Shown here in pieces: positions 37,886-47,532 of a stretch of DNA of 64,000 nucleotides. A program made the position numbers and the translations under genes. The notes beneath the pieces were generated by a model, which searched no databases, was not told the origin of the DNA, and saw only the letters and a program-made list of their open reading frames with translations. The stretch lies in NCBI GenBank assembly GCA_003222275.1, contig QHVJ01000150.1, positions 10,518-74,517 on the forward strand. Direction: 5' to 3'. Position 1 is the first letter of the stretch. Each line of letters opens with the position of its first letter. Source of the stretch: Acidobacteriota bacterium (GTDB lineage Bacteria; Acidobacteriota; Vicinamibacteria; Fen-336).

Positions 37886-38788
37886 GTGCGCATGCGCATC
37901 GTGGTGACGGGGGGCACCGGCTTCATCGGCCGGGAGGTCGTGGAGCGCCTGCTGGAGACCGGCGACGACGAGGTCGTCGTGACGACCCGCCATCCCGACC
38001 GCGATCCCTGGGGCGGGCGGGTCCGGCTGGTCCAGGCCTACGCGGGTGATCACGTCAGCCTGGGGAAGGCGTTCATGGGCGCCGCCGTCGTCGTCCACGC
38101 CATTCAGTTCCCGAACCATCCCGTCGAGGATCCGGCGAAGGGACGCACCTACCTCGAAGTCGACGGGCGCGGCACGACGCTGGCCGCGCAGACGGCCAAG
38201 AAGCTGGGCGTGCGCCGCTTCGTCTATCTTTCGGGCGCGGGCGCGGGCCAGGGGCGGCCGCAGCCGTGGTTCCAGGCCAAGGACATGGCGGAGGCGGCCA
38301 TCGTCGCCACCGGCATGGAGCACGTTCTCCTGCGCCCCTCGTGGATCTACGGCCCGCGGGACCGGAGCATGAACCGCTTCGTCTCCTTCTGCCGGCACCT
38401 GCCGGTGGTGCCGGTCATCGGCAACGGCCGGACGCCGGTCTACCCGGTCTACGTGAAGGACGTGGCGCGCTGCGTCGTCGAATCCGCTCGCCGCGAGGAC
38501 GCCACTGCCCGGAAGCTGGACCTGGGCGGGCCGCAGCGGATGACGATGGACGAGGTCATCCGCGCCATCCAGGATGTCCTGGGGCGCCGCCGGCCGCTGC
38601 TGCACCATCCCGTGGGCCTGATGAAGCTGCTCGTGCTTCCGATGAAGGTCATGCCGGAGCCGATGCTGTCGTCCTCCGCCATCGACTTCATCACCCAGGA
38701 GGTCGAGCTCGATCCGCGGCCGGCCATGGACTACTTCGGGTTTCCCTTCCGGCCGCTCGCCGAAGGGCTGCGGGAATATCTGCCCTAG
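37886..38788 (+). CDS. NAD(P)-binding atypical SDR / NmrA-like epimerase family protein
   Basis: Rossmann TGGTGFIG N-terminus; complex I NDUFA9-like SDR family features. Confidence 0.65.
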   Translation: MRMRIVVTGGTGFIGREVVERLLETGDDEVVVTTRHPDRDPWGGRVRLVQAYAGDHVSLGKAFMGAAVVVHAIQFPNHPVEDPAKGRTYLEVDGRGTTLAAQTAKKLGVRRFVYLSGAGAGQGRPQPWFQAKDMAEAAIVATGMEHVLLRPSWIYGPRDRSMNRFVSFCRHLPVVPVIGNGRTPVYPVYVKDVARCVVESARREDATARKLDLGGPQRMTMDEVIRAIQDVLGRRRPLLHHPVGLMKLLVLPMKVMPEPMLSSSAIDFITQEVELDPRPAMDYFGFPFRPLAEGLREYLP

Positions 38789-38790
38789 AA

Positions 38791-38877
38791 GCAGTCAGCA
38801 ATCAGCGTTCAGCGGTCAGGATGGCAACGGAACTCCTCTGGCTGAGCTGATGGCTGATTGCTGATTGCTGAGCGCTG
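38791..38877. repeat. Heptad-periodic palindromic repeat element (TCAGCNN arms), copy B
   Basis: gcagtcagcaatcagcgttcagcggtcagg ... gctgagctgatggctgattgctgattgctgagcgctgc. Inverted arms of tandem 7-mers, immediately after the SDR stop and before ispH. Confidence 0.5.
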
Positions 38878-38892
38878 CCGTATTCTCTCTAC

Positions 38893-40092
38893 GTGAGCCA
38901 GACGTACTTCCAGAAGGGCTTCGGCCTGCGCTCCGCGGTGGGTCCCGTGCTCTCCGAGAGCTACGACAGCCGCGTCGTGGACCGGCTGCGCGAGCTGGGG
39001 CACACGGCCCGGGCGGGGGACCTCGTCCTCAAGCTCGCCCGCGAGTTCGGCTTCTGCTACGGCGTCGACCGGGCCGTCGAGTACGCCTACGAGACGCGGC
39101 AGCAGTTTCCCGAGCGCCGGATCTTTCTCTCCGGCGAGATCATCCACAACCCGGAGGTGAACGGGCGGCTGGAGGCCATGGGCGTCCGCATCCTGCCTCC
39201 CGCCCACGATCCGGGCGTGCGCTACCGGGACGTGGATGCGGGCGACGTCGTCCTGCTGCCCGCCTTCGGGGTGCCGGTCGCGGAGATGGCGCACCTGCGC
39301 GGCAAGGGCTGCGTGCTCGTGGACACGACCTGCGGCAGCGTCCTCAACGTCTGGAAGAACGTCCACAAGTACGCGCGCGACGGGTTCACGGCCGTCATCC
39401 ACGGCAAGCACCATCACGAAGAGACCAAGGCCACCGCCTCCCAGGCGCTGACCCACGGCGGGGGCCACTACCTCTGCTTGAAGGACAAGTCCGAGGCGGC
39501 GGAGGTCTGCGAGTTCATCCGCGGGGTGGGGGAAGGCGAGGACCTGCGCCGCCGGTTCGCACACGCCACGGACCCCGGCTTCGATCCCGTCCGCGACCTC
39601 GCGCGCATCGGCCTCGCCAACCAGACCACGATGCTCATGAGCGAGAGCCTGGAGATCCAGGAGATGCTCCGCTCCGCCATGCGCCAGCGCTACGGCGAGG
39701 CGGAGCTGCCCGCCCGTTTCCAGGCGATGGATACCATCTGCTCGGCGACCCAGGACCGGCAGGACGCGGTCCTCAAGATGCTCGACGAGGGCGGCCTCGA
39801 CCTGATGGTCGTGATCGGCGGCTACAACAGCAGCAACACGCAGGCGCTGGCCCGCATCTGCACGGAGCGGCTGCCCACGTACCACATCGACGGCGCATCC
39901 TGCATCGAGCCGGAGCTGATCCGCCATCAGCCCGTGGGGAGCCACGCGGAGTCCCGCACGGCGGCGTGGCTGCCGGCGGGGCCGCTGCGCATCGGCCTGA
40001 CCGCCGGTGCGTCCACGCCCAACAACGTCGTGGGCGAGGTGGTGGCGCGGCTCCTGGCGTTGCGCGGGCTCCGCCCGGCCGACCTGTCCTAG
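38893..40092 (+). CDS. ispH: 4-hydroxy-3-methylbut-2-enyl diphosphate reductase IspH (long form)
   Basis: Conserved IspH blocks GFCYGVDRAV, IIHNP, VDTTCGSV, ANQTT, GGYNSSNT. GTG start. Confidence 0.85.
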   Translation: MSQTYFQKGFGLRSAVGPVLSESYDSRVVDRLRELGHTARAGDLVLKLAREFGFCYGVDRAVEYAYETRQQFPERRIFLSGEIIHNPEVNGRLEAMGVRILPPAHDPGVRYRDVDAGDVVLLPAFGVPVAEMAHLRGKGCVLVDTTCGSVLNVWKNVHKYARDGFTAVIHGKHHHEETKATASQALTHGGGHYLCLKDKSEAAEVCEFIRGVGEGEDLRRRFAHATDPGFDPVRDLARIGLANQTTMLMSESLEIQEMLRSAMRQRYGEAELPARFQAMDTICSATQDRQDAVLKMLDEGGLDLMVVIGGYNSSNTQALARICTERLPTYHIDGASCIEPELIRHQPVGSHAESRTAAWLPAGPLRIGLTAGASTPNNVVGEVVARLLALRGLRPADLS

Positions 40093-40137
40093 CCCGCTCC
40101 GCGCGGATGGTATAGTCGCCCCTTCGGAGGCCGATCC

Positions 40138-40914
40138 ATGCTGCTCGAGGGCAAGGTCGGACTGGTGCTCGGCATCGCCAACAAGCGCTCTCTCGCCTGG
40201 GGCATCGCCCAGGCGGTCTCGCGGGAAGGCGCGCGGCTGGCCGTGACCTACCAGGGCGAGCGTCTCGAGGAGAACGTGCGGGAGCTGGCCGCGGGCCTGC
40301 GCGACCCCGTGATCCTGCCCTGCGACGTCGGCCGGGACGAGGACATCGAGGTCCTGATGCAGGGCGTGCAGAAGGAGCTCGGGGGCCTCGACTTCGTGGT
40401 CCACGCCGTCGCCTACGCGCTGCGGGAAGAGCTCGACGGCGAGTTCCTCAACACTTCGCGCGAAGGCTACCGACTGGCGCAGGACATCTCGTCGTACTCC
40501 CTGACGGCGGTGGCACGGCGCGCGGCTCCCCTCATGGAAGGGCGGGCGGGCAGCATCGTCACCCTCACGTACCTGGGCGGCGAGCGGGTGGTGCCGCACT
40601 ACAACGTGATGGGCGTGGCCAAGGCCGCCCTCGACATGTCGGTCCGCTACCTGGCCGCCGACCTCGGACCCCGCGGCATCCGCGTGAATGCCATCTCGGC
40701 GGGACCCGTCAAGACCCTCGCGGCCTCGGGCGTGCACGGCATCTCGAAGATGCTCGAGTACCACCGCATGCACGCCCCCTTGCGCAAGAACACGGAGCAG
40801 GAGGAGGTGGGCGACGCCGCGCTCTTCCTGGTCTCGCCGCTCTCCCGAGGGGTCACGGGCGAGGTCGTCCACGTGGACGGTGGGTTCCACGTGATGGGCA
40901 TGTCCAGCCTCTGA
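40138..40914 (+). CDS. fabI: Enoyl-ACP reductase FabI
   Basis: GKVGLVLGIANKRSLAWGIA N-terminus; Tyr-x6-Lys catalytic region; SDR fold. Confidence 0.9.
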   Translation: MLLEGKVGLVLGIANKRSLAWGIAQAVSREGARLAVTYQGERLEENVRELAAGLRDPVILPCDVGRDEDIEVLMQGVQKELGGLDFVVHAVAYALREELDGEFLNTSREGYRLAQDISSYSLTAVARRAAPLMEGRAGSIVTLTYLGGERVVPHYNVMGVAKAALDMSVRYLAADLGPRGIRVNAISAGPVKTLAASGVHGISKMLEYHRMHAPLRKNTEQEEVGDAALFLVSPLSRGVTGEVVHVDGGFHVMGMSSL

Positions 40915-40979
40915 CCGCGCCGCCGCGCTCACGGCCGGCCGAGGCCGCGTGGTAACCTCAGCTTCGATCGAGAGACCGT

Positions 40980-43247
40980 TTGCGATTCCCCTGGCCCGCC
41001 TTCGCCCTCTGCTCCATCTTGATGCCCGGCCTCGCGGCCGCTCAGGCGCCCGTCTCGCCGAGCCCGTCACCCGCCCCGTCGCCCGCCGCGACGGCCGTTC
41101 CCCCCGCCGAGGCTCCGTGCGACCCGGCGAAGTCCCCGGACTGCACCACCATCACCGCGAACAAGCAGGAGAAGATCGACGCGTCGCACTACCGCGCCAA
41201 CGGCTTCGTGGACCTGCAGTTCGGTGACATACGGATCCAGACCGACCAGATCGACGTGTACACGACCGTGCACGAGAACGGGACGGAGTCCAAGCGGATC
41301 GAAGCCTCGGGCAACGTCGTCTTCCTGCGCGGCGAAGAGCGCCTGGCGGGGGAAAAGCTCGCCATGGACCTCGAGACCGGCCACGGCACCTTCGAGAACG
41401 CGATCGGGTACATGCAGCCGGGCGTGTTCGTGGAGGCGCGACGCATCGAGCGCATGTCCGCCGACACCTACAAGATCGAGGGCGGCCACTTCACGTCGTG
41501 CTCGCAGCCGACGCCGCGCTGGAGCTTCAGCGCCAGCTCGGCCACCCTGCAGGTGGACGACCACATCTCGGCCCGGAACGTGATCTTCCGGGTGAAGGAC
41601 GTACCCGCCCTCTACGTCCCCTATTTCATGTACCCGATCCAGCAGGACCAGCGCTCGACGGGCTTCCTCATCCCCCACGTCGGGTACTCCTCGACCCGCG
41701 GGTTCAATACGGGCGGTGGCTTCTTCTGGGTCATGGGCCGCAGCTTCGACCAGACCTTCTACGCCGACTCCTACTCGCTGTACGGCCGCGGGTTCGGCCA
41801 CGAGCTGCGCTACCTGCTGAAATCGCCCTCGCGCGGCACCTTCCGCAGCTACTTCATCCGCCGGACCGGCGGCGGCTGGGAGCACGACCTCAACTGGAGC
41901 GCGGTGCAGATGCTGCCCGGGCACGCCCGGGCCACGGTCTACGTCCAGGATTCGAGCACCTTCAACTTCAACCAGCAGTTCCAGGACAACCTGGACCGCG
42001 CCCTCACCCGCAATCGGCGCTCGTCGATCAGCCTCCAGAAGACGTTCTTCGGCCTGACCGCCCAGGCCCTGGCCGACTCCACCGATACGATCTTCGACTC
42101 CACCGAGAACTTCATCCGCCGGCGCCACCTGCCTTCCCTGACCCTGACCCAGTCGCCGCGCAAGCTCGGCAAGAAGCTGGGGCTCGTGCTCGCCTTCGAT
42201 TCCGCCGCCGAGCGGCTCCAGCAGGGAAACCAGGACCGGATCGACGACTACAAGCGCTTCGACGTCCATCCGCGGCTCTCCCGGCCGTTCTCGCTCAGCT
42301 TCCTGCAGGTCAACCCCGAGGTGCAGTACCGCTATACCCACTACGACGCCAGCCTGGGAGCGCGCGACAAGCTGGTCGGACCGCCGCTCGACCGCCAGTA
42401 CTTCGAGGGCAGCCTGGACCTGCGCGGCCCCACCTTCTCGCGCGTGTTCAGCACCCCGGACAACTTCTACTCCGAGCGTTACAAGCACGTGATCGGACCC
42501 GAGGTGAACTGGACCTACCGCAGCAAGGTGGAGGATTTCGACGCCATCCCGCGCTTCGACTATTACGACGTGATCCTCGGGACCAACCAGCTGAGCTACG
42601 CCCTCGTCCAGCGCCTCTACGCGAAGCGCCCCGGCCGCTCGGGCAAGCTCGAGGCGTACGAGTTCTTCAACTGGCGCGTCGGCCAGACGTATTACGTGGA
42701 CATCGCCGACGGGCAGAACGAGTTCGACCCCAACTACTCCTCGGCCGTCTTCGACGCCAGCGGCAACCCGAGCCACCTCTCCCCGATCCAGTCCCGCATG
42801 CGCTTCCGGCCCACGACCGCCTTCACCACGAACTTCGACATCGAATACGACGTGAACTTCCATACGGTGAAGAGCCTCGGCTTGTCGACGAACTACAACG
42901 GGAGCCGTTTCGTGACCCAGGCCGCCTGGTCGCGGGGGAAGCGCCTGGACCCCTCCCAAACGCTCGTGAACCGCAACACGATCCGCGGCTCGGCCGCATT
43001 CTTCGTGCTGCCGCGCCGGCTGACCCTGCAGGGCTCGGCCGCCTACGACCTCATCAACAAGGAGATGGTCCAGTCGACCGCGCGCCTGCGCTACGACGTC
43101 CAGTGCTGCGGCTTCATCATCGAGACGCTGCAGAGCCGGTTCCGTGACGACCGCCAGTACCGCTTCTCGATCGAGCTCGCCAACATCGGCTCCATCGGCA
43201 GCTTCATGGGCGACCAGACGACCGGCCTCGGCGGAGGCTTCCGTTGA
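40980..43247 (+). CDS. lptD: LPS-assembly protein LptD (OstA N-terminal domain plus C-terminal beta-barrel)
   Basis: Signal peptide; OstA-like N-domain (ANGFVDLQFGDIRIQTDQIDVY...ASGNVVF); large beta-barrel region with aromatic-rich strands. Confidence 0.8.
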   Translation: MRFPWPAFALCSILMPGLAAAQAPVSPSPSPAPSPAATAVPPAEAPCDPAKSPDCTTITANKQEKIDASHYRANGFVDLQFGDIRIQTDQIDVYTTVHENGTESKRIEASGNVVFLRGEERLAGEKLAMDLETGHGTFENAIGYMQPGVFVEARRIERMSADTYKIEGGHFTSCSQPTPRWSFSASSATLQVDDHISARNVIFRVKDVPALYVPYFMYPIQQDQRSTGFLIPHVGYSSTRGFNTGGGFFWVMGRSFDQTFYADSYSLYGRGFGHELRYLLKSPSRGTFRSYFIRRTGGGWEHDLNWSAVQMLPGHARATVYVQDSSTFNFNQQFQDNLDRALTRNRRSSISLQKTFFGLTAQALADSTDTIFDSTENFIRRRHLPSLTLTQSPRKLGKKLGLVLAFDSAAERLQQGNQDRIDDYKRFDVHPRLSRPFSLSFLQVNPEVQYRYTHYDASLGARDKLVGPPLDRQYFEGSLDLRGPTFSRVFSTPDNFYSERYKHVIGPEVNWTYRSKVEDFDAIPRFDYYDVILGTNQLSYALVQRLYAKRPGRSGKLEAYEFFNWRVGQTYYVDIADGQNEFDPNYSSAVFDASGNPSHLSPIQSRMRFRPTTAFTTNFDIEYDVNFHTVKSLGLSTNYNGSRFVTQAAWSRGKRLDPSQTLVNRNTIRGSAAFFVLPRRLTLQGSAAYDLINKEMVQSTARLRYDVQCCGFIIETLQSRFRDDRQYRFSIELANIGSIGSFMGDQTTGLGGGFR

Positions 43248-44248
43248 AGATCCTCGTCACCGGCGGGGCCGGCTTCATCGGCTCGAACTTCGTGCGCCAC
43301 GTGGCCCGGGTGCATCCGGACTGGGAGATCGTGGTCCTCGACAAGCTGACCTACGCCGGCCGGCGGGAGAATTTGGCCGACCTCGAGGAGCGGCCGGGCT
43401 TCCGGTTCGTCAAGGGTGACATCGCCGACCCGCCCGCGGTGGCGGACGTGCTCCCGGGCTGCGACTACGTGGTGAACTTCGCGGCGGAGACGCACGTCGA
43501 CCGGTCGCTCTACGACGCCGGCAGCTTCATCATGACGGACGTGTACGGCACGTTCGTGCTCCTCGAGGCCGCCCGCCGGGCGCCGGGCCTGAAGCTGTTC
43601 GTGCAGATCTCGACCGACGAGGTCTACGGCAGCGTGGAGTCGGGGTCCTCGTCGGAGGGCGATCCGCTGATGCCGCGCAACCCGTACTCCGCCAGCAAGG
43701 CGGGCGCAGACCGGCTCGCCTACTCGTACTGGGCCACCTACGACGTGCCGGTGATCGTGACCCGGGCGTCCAACAACTACGGCCCCTACCAGTTCCCGGA
43801 GAAGATCATCCCTCTCTTCGTGACCCACGCCCTCGACGACATCCCTTTGCCCCTGTACGGCGACGGCCTGAACGTGCGCGACTGGCTGCACGTCGACGAC
43901 CACTGCCGCGCGGTCGACCTGCTCATCGAGAAGGGCACCCTCGGCGAGACCTACAACGTCGGCGGGGGCAACGAGGTCCCGAACATCGAGCTGACCCGCC
44001 ACATCCTCGGCCTGCTCGGGAAGCCGGAGACGCTGATCCGGCGCGTCGCGGACCGCCCCGGCCACGACCGCCGCTACAGCCTCGGCTGTGAGCGGCTGCG
44101 CGGCCTGGGCTGGTCGCCCCAGGTGCCTTTCGACGAGGGGCTGCGGGCGACGGTGGAATGGTACCGCGCGAACGAAGCGTGGTGGCGCCCGCTCAAGGAG
44201 GCCAACCCCGCCTTCCGCGAGCATTACCAGCGTCACTACGAAGGTTAG
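43244..44248 (+). CDS. rfbB: dTDP-glucose 4,6-dehydratase
   Basis: MKILVTGGAGFIGSNF; catalytic YSASKAG; extended SDR; ATGA overlap with lptD. Confidence 0.9.
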   Translation: MKILVTGGAGFIGSNFVRHVARVHPDWEIVVLDKLTYAGRRENLADLEERPGFRFVKGDIADPPAVADVLPGCDYVVNFAAETHVDRSLYDAGSFIMTDVYGTFVLLEAARRAPGLKLFVQISTDEVYGSVESGSSSEGDPLMPRNPYSASKAGADRLAYSYWATYDVPVIVTRASNNYGPYQFPEKIIPLFVTHALDDIPLPLYGDGLNVRDWLHVDDHCRAVDLLIEKGTLGETYNVGGGNEVPNIELTRHILGLLGKPETLIRRVADRPGHDRRYSLGCERLRGLGWSPQVPFDEGLRATVEWYRANEAWWRPLKEANPAFREHYQRHYEG

Positions 44249-44249
44249 C

Positions 44250-45219
44250 GATGCAGGTGCTGATCACCGGCGTGGCGGGCTTCGTGGGCGGCCACATGGT
44301 GGACTTCCTCCGCCACCAGCACCCGGAGGCCACCATCGTCGGCCTCGACAACCACCCTGGCGCCCGCGCCCGCGCCCTGGGCATCGAGATCATCCAGGCC
44401 GACCTCGAAGACGCGGCGTCGGTCCGCGCGGCGTTCGCCCGGCTCCGCCCGGACCGGGTGATCCACCTCGCGGCGCAGTCGAGCCCGCAGCGCTCGTGGG
44501 AAGACCCGGCGGGCACGCTGCGGACGAACGTGCTGGGGATGCTGCACCTGCTGGAGGCGGTCCGGTCGGGAGCGGCGGCGCCCCGGATCCTCGCGATCGG
44601 CAGCGCGGACGAGTACGGCCTCGTCTCGCCGCACGAGGCTCCACTGCGCGAGGACGCCCCCCTCCGGCCCGCGTCGCCCTACGCCGTGAGCAAGGTGGCC
44701 CAGGGGTATCTCGCCCTGCAGTACGCCCTCTCCCCGGGCCTGCACGTCGTGCGCACCCGGACCTTCCACCACACCGGTCCCCGCCGGGGAGAGCAGTTCG
44801 CCGAGAGCTCGTTCGCCCGGCAGCTGGCCGAGATCGAGGCCGGCCAGCGCCCCCCGAGGCTCGAGGTCGGGAACCTGGAAGTCGTGCGCGACTTCACGGA
44901 CGTGCGCGACGTCGTGCGGGCGTACTGGATGCTGCTGGACCGGGGCGTGCCCGGCGAGGTCTACAACGTATGCTCGGGGCGGGGCGTGCGCCTGGCCGAG
45001 TTGCTCGAGCGGCTCATCGCGCTCTCGGAGCGGCGGGTCGAGGTCCATGTCGACGTTTCGCGGTTGCGTCCGGTGGACGCCCCCATCCTCATCGGCGACC
45101 CCGGCCGCCTGCGCGCCGCCACCGGGTGGGAGCCGGGCATCCCGCTCGAGCGCACGCTCGCCGACCTCCTCGACTACTGGCGCGAGCGCGTCGGCCTGAA
45201 TGCCGCCCCTGCCAACTGA
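44250..45219 (+). CDS. NAD-dependent epimerase/dehydratase (GDP-mannose 4,6-dehydratase / GDP-6-deoxy-mannose reductase-like)
   Basis: Start MQVLITGVAGFVGGH; YAVSKV catalytic motif; extended SDR. Confidence 0.75.
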
Positions 45220-45223
45220 CCGG

Positions 45224-45370
45224 CTTTTCCACGCAGAGGCCGCAGAGGATACGCAGAGGCCGCAGAGGGCAATGAAGAAGAGCCAGATCCGCATCGAGGA
45301 TCGGCGGCCATCGTCATGCTCTCGTTCTCTGCGGCCTCTGCGGACTCTCTGCGGCCTCTGCGTGGAAAAG
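45224..45370. repeat. GC-rich palindromic MITE-like element, family CGCAGAGG (copy 2, about 147 bp, near-perfect 44-bp terminal inverted repeats)
   Basis: cttttccacgcagaggccgcagaggatacgcagaggccgcagagg ... ctctgcggcctctgcggactctctgcggcctctgcgtggaaaag. The arms are tandem 9-10-mers CGCAGAGGNN. Abuts the epimerase stop, and its right end supplies the ATG of the next gene. Confidence 0.6.
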
Positions 45371-45372
45371 CA

Positions 45373-46722
45373 ATGGTACTGACGCCGGCGGAGGCCAAGC
45401 GGAAGCTGGTCCACATGGCCGTGGGCTCCTTCGCGCTCCTCCTCCGCTTCATGACGTGGCGTCAGGCCGCCTTGATGGCCGTGGCCGCCTTCTTCTTCAA
45501 CTGGCACGCGCTGCCGCGCCTCGGCGGACGCGGGTTGTGGCGGGAGGCGGATCACGGCCGCGGCTACCCGCTGGGCATCCTCCTCTATCCGCTCGCGGTG
45601 CTCGCCCTCGTCCTCGTCTTCCACGACGAGCTGTGGAAGGCGGCCGCGGTGTGGGGCCTCCTCGCCATCGGCGACGGCATGGCCGCGTTCTTCGGCCTCG
45701 CCGCCGGAGGGCCGCGCCTGCCGTGGAACCGTGACAAGAGCTGGGCGGGATTTCTGGCCTTCGTCGTGTTCGGCACCATGGCCGCCTCGGTGCTCGCCGC
45801 GTGGACGCTGCGGCTGCCTCTCGTCGCGGGGGCCTCGGCGCGCATCCTCGCCGTGATCGTCCCCGCGGCGCTCGTTTGCGCCCTGGTCGAGTCCATGCCT
45901 ACGACGCTCGACGACAACCTCACGGTGCCCCTGGTGGGGGCGGCGGCCATCGCTCTCTTCTCGCTCGCCGAGCCGGCCCGGCTCCTCGAAGACCCCGAGG
46001 CCGGCCCGCGCCTCCTCCTCGGGCTCGTCGTCAACGGCGTGATCGCGATGGCCGCCCGCGCGACGTCTTCCCTCGACACCGCAGGAGCGGTCTCGGCCGT
46101 GATCATCGGCACCGCGATCACGGCCGGGCTCGGGCTGGCGGGCCTGCTTCTCATGATCGCCTTCTTCGTGCTCGGCAGCGCGGCCACCCGCCTGGGCCAT
46201 GCCCGCAAGACCGCGCGCGGGATCGCGCAGGAAAAGGGCGGAGCCCGCGGATGGCGCAACGCGTGGGCGAACGGCAGCGTGCCGGCGGTCCTCGCGCTGA
46301 TGGCCGCGATGGCGCCCTCCGAGCTGAGAGCGGTCTTCACGCTGGCCTACGCGGCCGCGGTCGCCACCGCCGCCGCCGACACCTGTTCCTCCGAGGTGGG
46401 GAAGGCCTATGGCGACCGGACCGTCGTCATCGCCACCCTGCAGCCGGCCCCACCCGGCACGGAAGGAGGGGTGAGCCTCGAGGGGACGCTGGCCGCGGCC
46501 GCGGCGGCGGCGCTGGTGGCGGCGATGGGGCCCGTGGGGCGGCTCTACGCCTGGACGCTCGTCCCGCTCGTCGCCGTGGCCGGTGTGCTGGGCAGCCTGG
46601 CCGAGAGCGTTCTCGGCCCGGTGGCGGAGCGCCGGGGCTGGATGGGCAACGACGTGCTGAATGTCTTGAACACGGCATTCGGTGCCGCGATCGCCGTATT
46701 GATGCTGCGAGTGCTGTCTTGA
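45373..46722 (+). CDS. Polytopic membrane protein: N-terminal CTP-dependent phytol/dolichol-kinase-like region fused to a DUF92 (TMEM19-like) domain
   Basis: Start MVLTPAEAKRK. Multiple TM helices; DUF92-like C-terminus (ARGWRNAWANGSVPAVLAL...AAADTCSSEVG). Confidence 0.55.
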   Translation: MVLTPAEAKRKLVHMAVGSFALLLRFMTWRQAALMAVAAFFFNWHALPRLGGRGLWREADHGRGYPLGILLYPLAVLALVLVFHDELWKAAAVWGLLAIGDGMAAFFGLAAGGPRLPWNRDKSWAGFLAFVVFGTMAASVLAAWTLRLPLVAGASARILAVIVPAALVCALVESMPTTLDDNLTVPLVGAAAIALFSLAEPARLLEDPEAGPRLLLGLVVNGVIAMAARATSSLDTAGAVSAVIIGTAITAGLGLAGLLLMIAFFVLGSAATRLGHARKTARGIAQEKGGARGWRNAWANGSVPAVLALMAAMAPSELRAVFTLAYAAAVATAAADTCSSEVGKAYGDRTVVIATLQPAPPGTEGGVSLEGTLAAAAAAALVAAMGPVGRLYAWTLVPLVAVAGVLGSLAESVLGPVAERRGWMGNDVLNVLNTAFGAAIAVLMLRVLS

Positions 46723-46725
46723 GCC

Positions 46726-47490
46726 CTACTTCTCTTCGTCGTCCAGCAGGCCGTCGAGCAGGGACTCGGCCGACGACGGAGGTGTGGTGGCCGCATCCTC
46801 CGCTTCCGTGCGGGCGATGATGTCCTCCAGGCTCGGCTCGCCCTCGGCCGCCGGCCTCGACGGCGCTTCGGCCGCGATGCCCGGCCCCGACCGGCCCTCC
46901 CCGGCGACGGCGCCGTCGCGGTACTCGCCCAGGACCACCCGCGAGGGCCGCGCGATGCGATCTTTCAGCCGCCAGCCGCGCTGCAGCTCCTTGACGACCA
47001 CGTTGTGGTGCTCGGACTCGGTGACCGGCTCGATGGCGACGGCTTCGCTCACATGGGGGTCGAAGGGCAGGCCGAGCACGGGGATGCGCTCCAGTCCCTC
47101 TTCCTTGAGCGTCTGCAGGAGCTGGGTGCGGACGAGGATCAGGCCTTCGACCAGGGGGGGGCTCGCGAAGTTCACCTGCGCCGCCTCGAGGGCGCGGTCC
47201 AGGTTGTCCATGATGTCGATGAACTTCAGCAGCAGGCGCTCGTGCCGCCCCTCGAACCGGCGCTCGACGTTGCGGGAGGTGCGGTCACGGAACGTTTCGT
47301 TTTCGGTCTTGAGCTGCCGGTAGGCTTCCAGCACCTCGTTCAACCGGTCCTCGGCGAGGCGGGCGCGCTGCGTGGCCGGATCGGGAGGGGGGGCTTCGTC
47401 CGTTTCGAGCAGGTCGGCGAGCCCTCCCGTGGCCTCCTCGGAAGGAGGCGGGTCCAACTCGCGGTCTTTGGCGGGCCGCTTTTCGGCCAC
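46726..47490 (-). CDS. grpE: Nucleotide exchange factor GrpE (with extended acidic C-terminal tail)
   Basis: GrpE core LLKFIDIMDNLDRAL...PFDPHVSEAV...VVKELQRGW. Confidence 0.85.
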   Translation of the reverse strand: MAEKRPAKDRELDPPPSEEATGGLADLLETDEAPPPDPATQRARLAEDRLNEVLEAYRQLKTENETFRDRTSRNVERRFEGRHERLLLKFIDIMDNLDRALEAAQVNFASPPLVEGLILVRTQLLQTLKEEGLERIPVLGLPFDPHVSEAVAIEPVTESEHHNVVVKELQRGWRLKDRIARPSRVVLGEYRDGAVAGEGRSGPGIAAEAPSRPAAEGEPSLEDIIARTEAEDAATTPPSSAESLLDGLLDDEEK

Positions 47491-47532
47491 AGTCCTCCTG
47501 AGCTCGCGACGGAAACCCTTTGGCTCCGCCGA

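Noticed and set aside
38809-42959. 753-aa and 630-aa minus-strand ORFs opposite ispH, fabI and lptD
   Set aside because: Antisense to three strongly supported genes; no motifs; GC third-position skew is consistent with the + strand coding.
44245-46200. 651-aa minus-strand ORF across the epimerase / repeat / DUF92 region
   Set aside because: Antisense low-complexity translation. It spans a non-coding repeat element, which a real gene would be unlikely to do.
47491-47532. CIRCE (HrcA) element upstream of grpE
   Set aside because: No TTAGCACTC-N9-GAGTGCTAA-like inverted repeat is present in the 42-bp upstream region.
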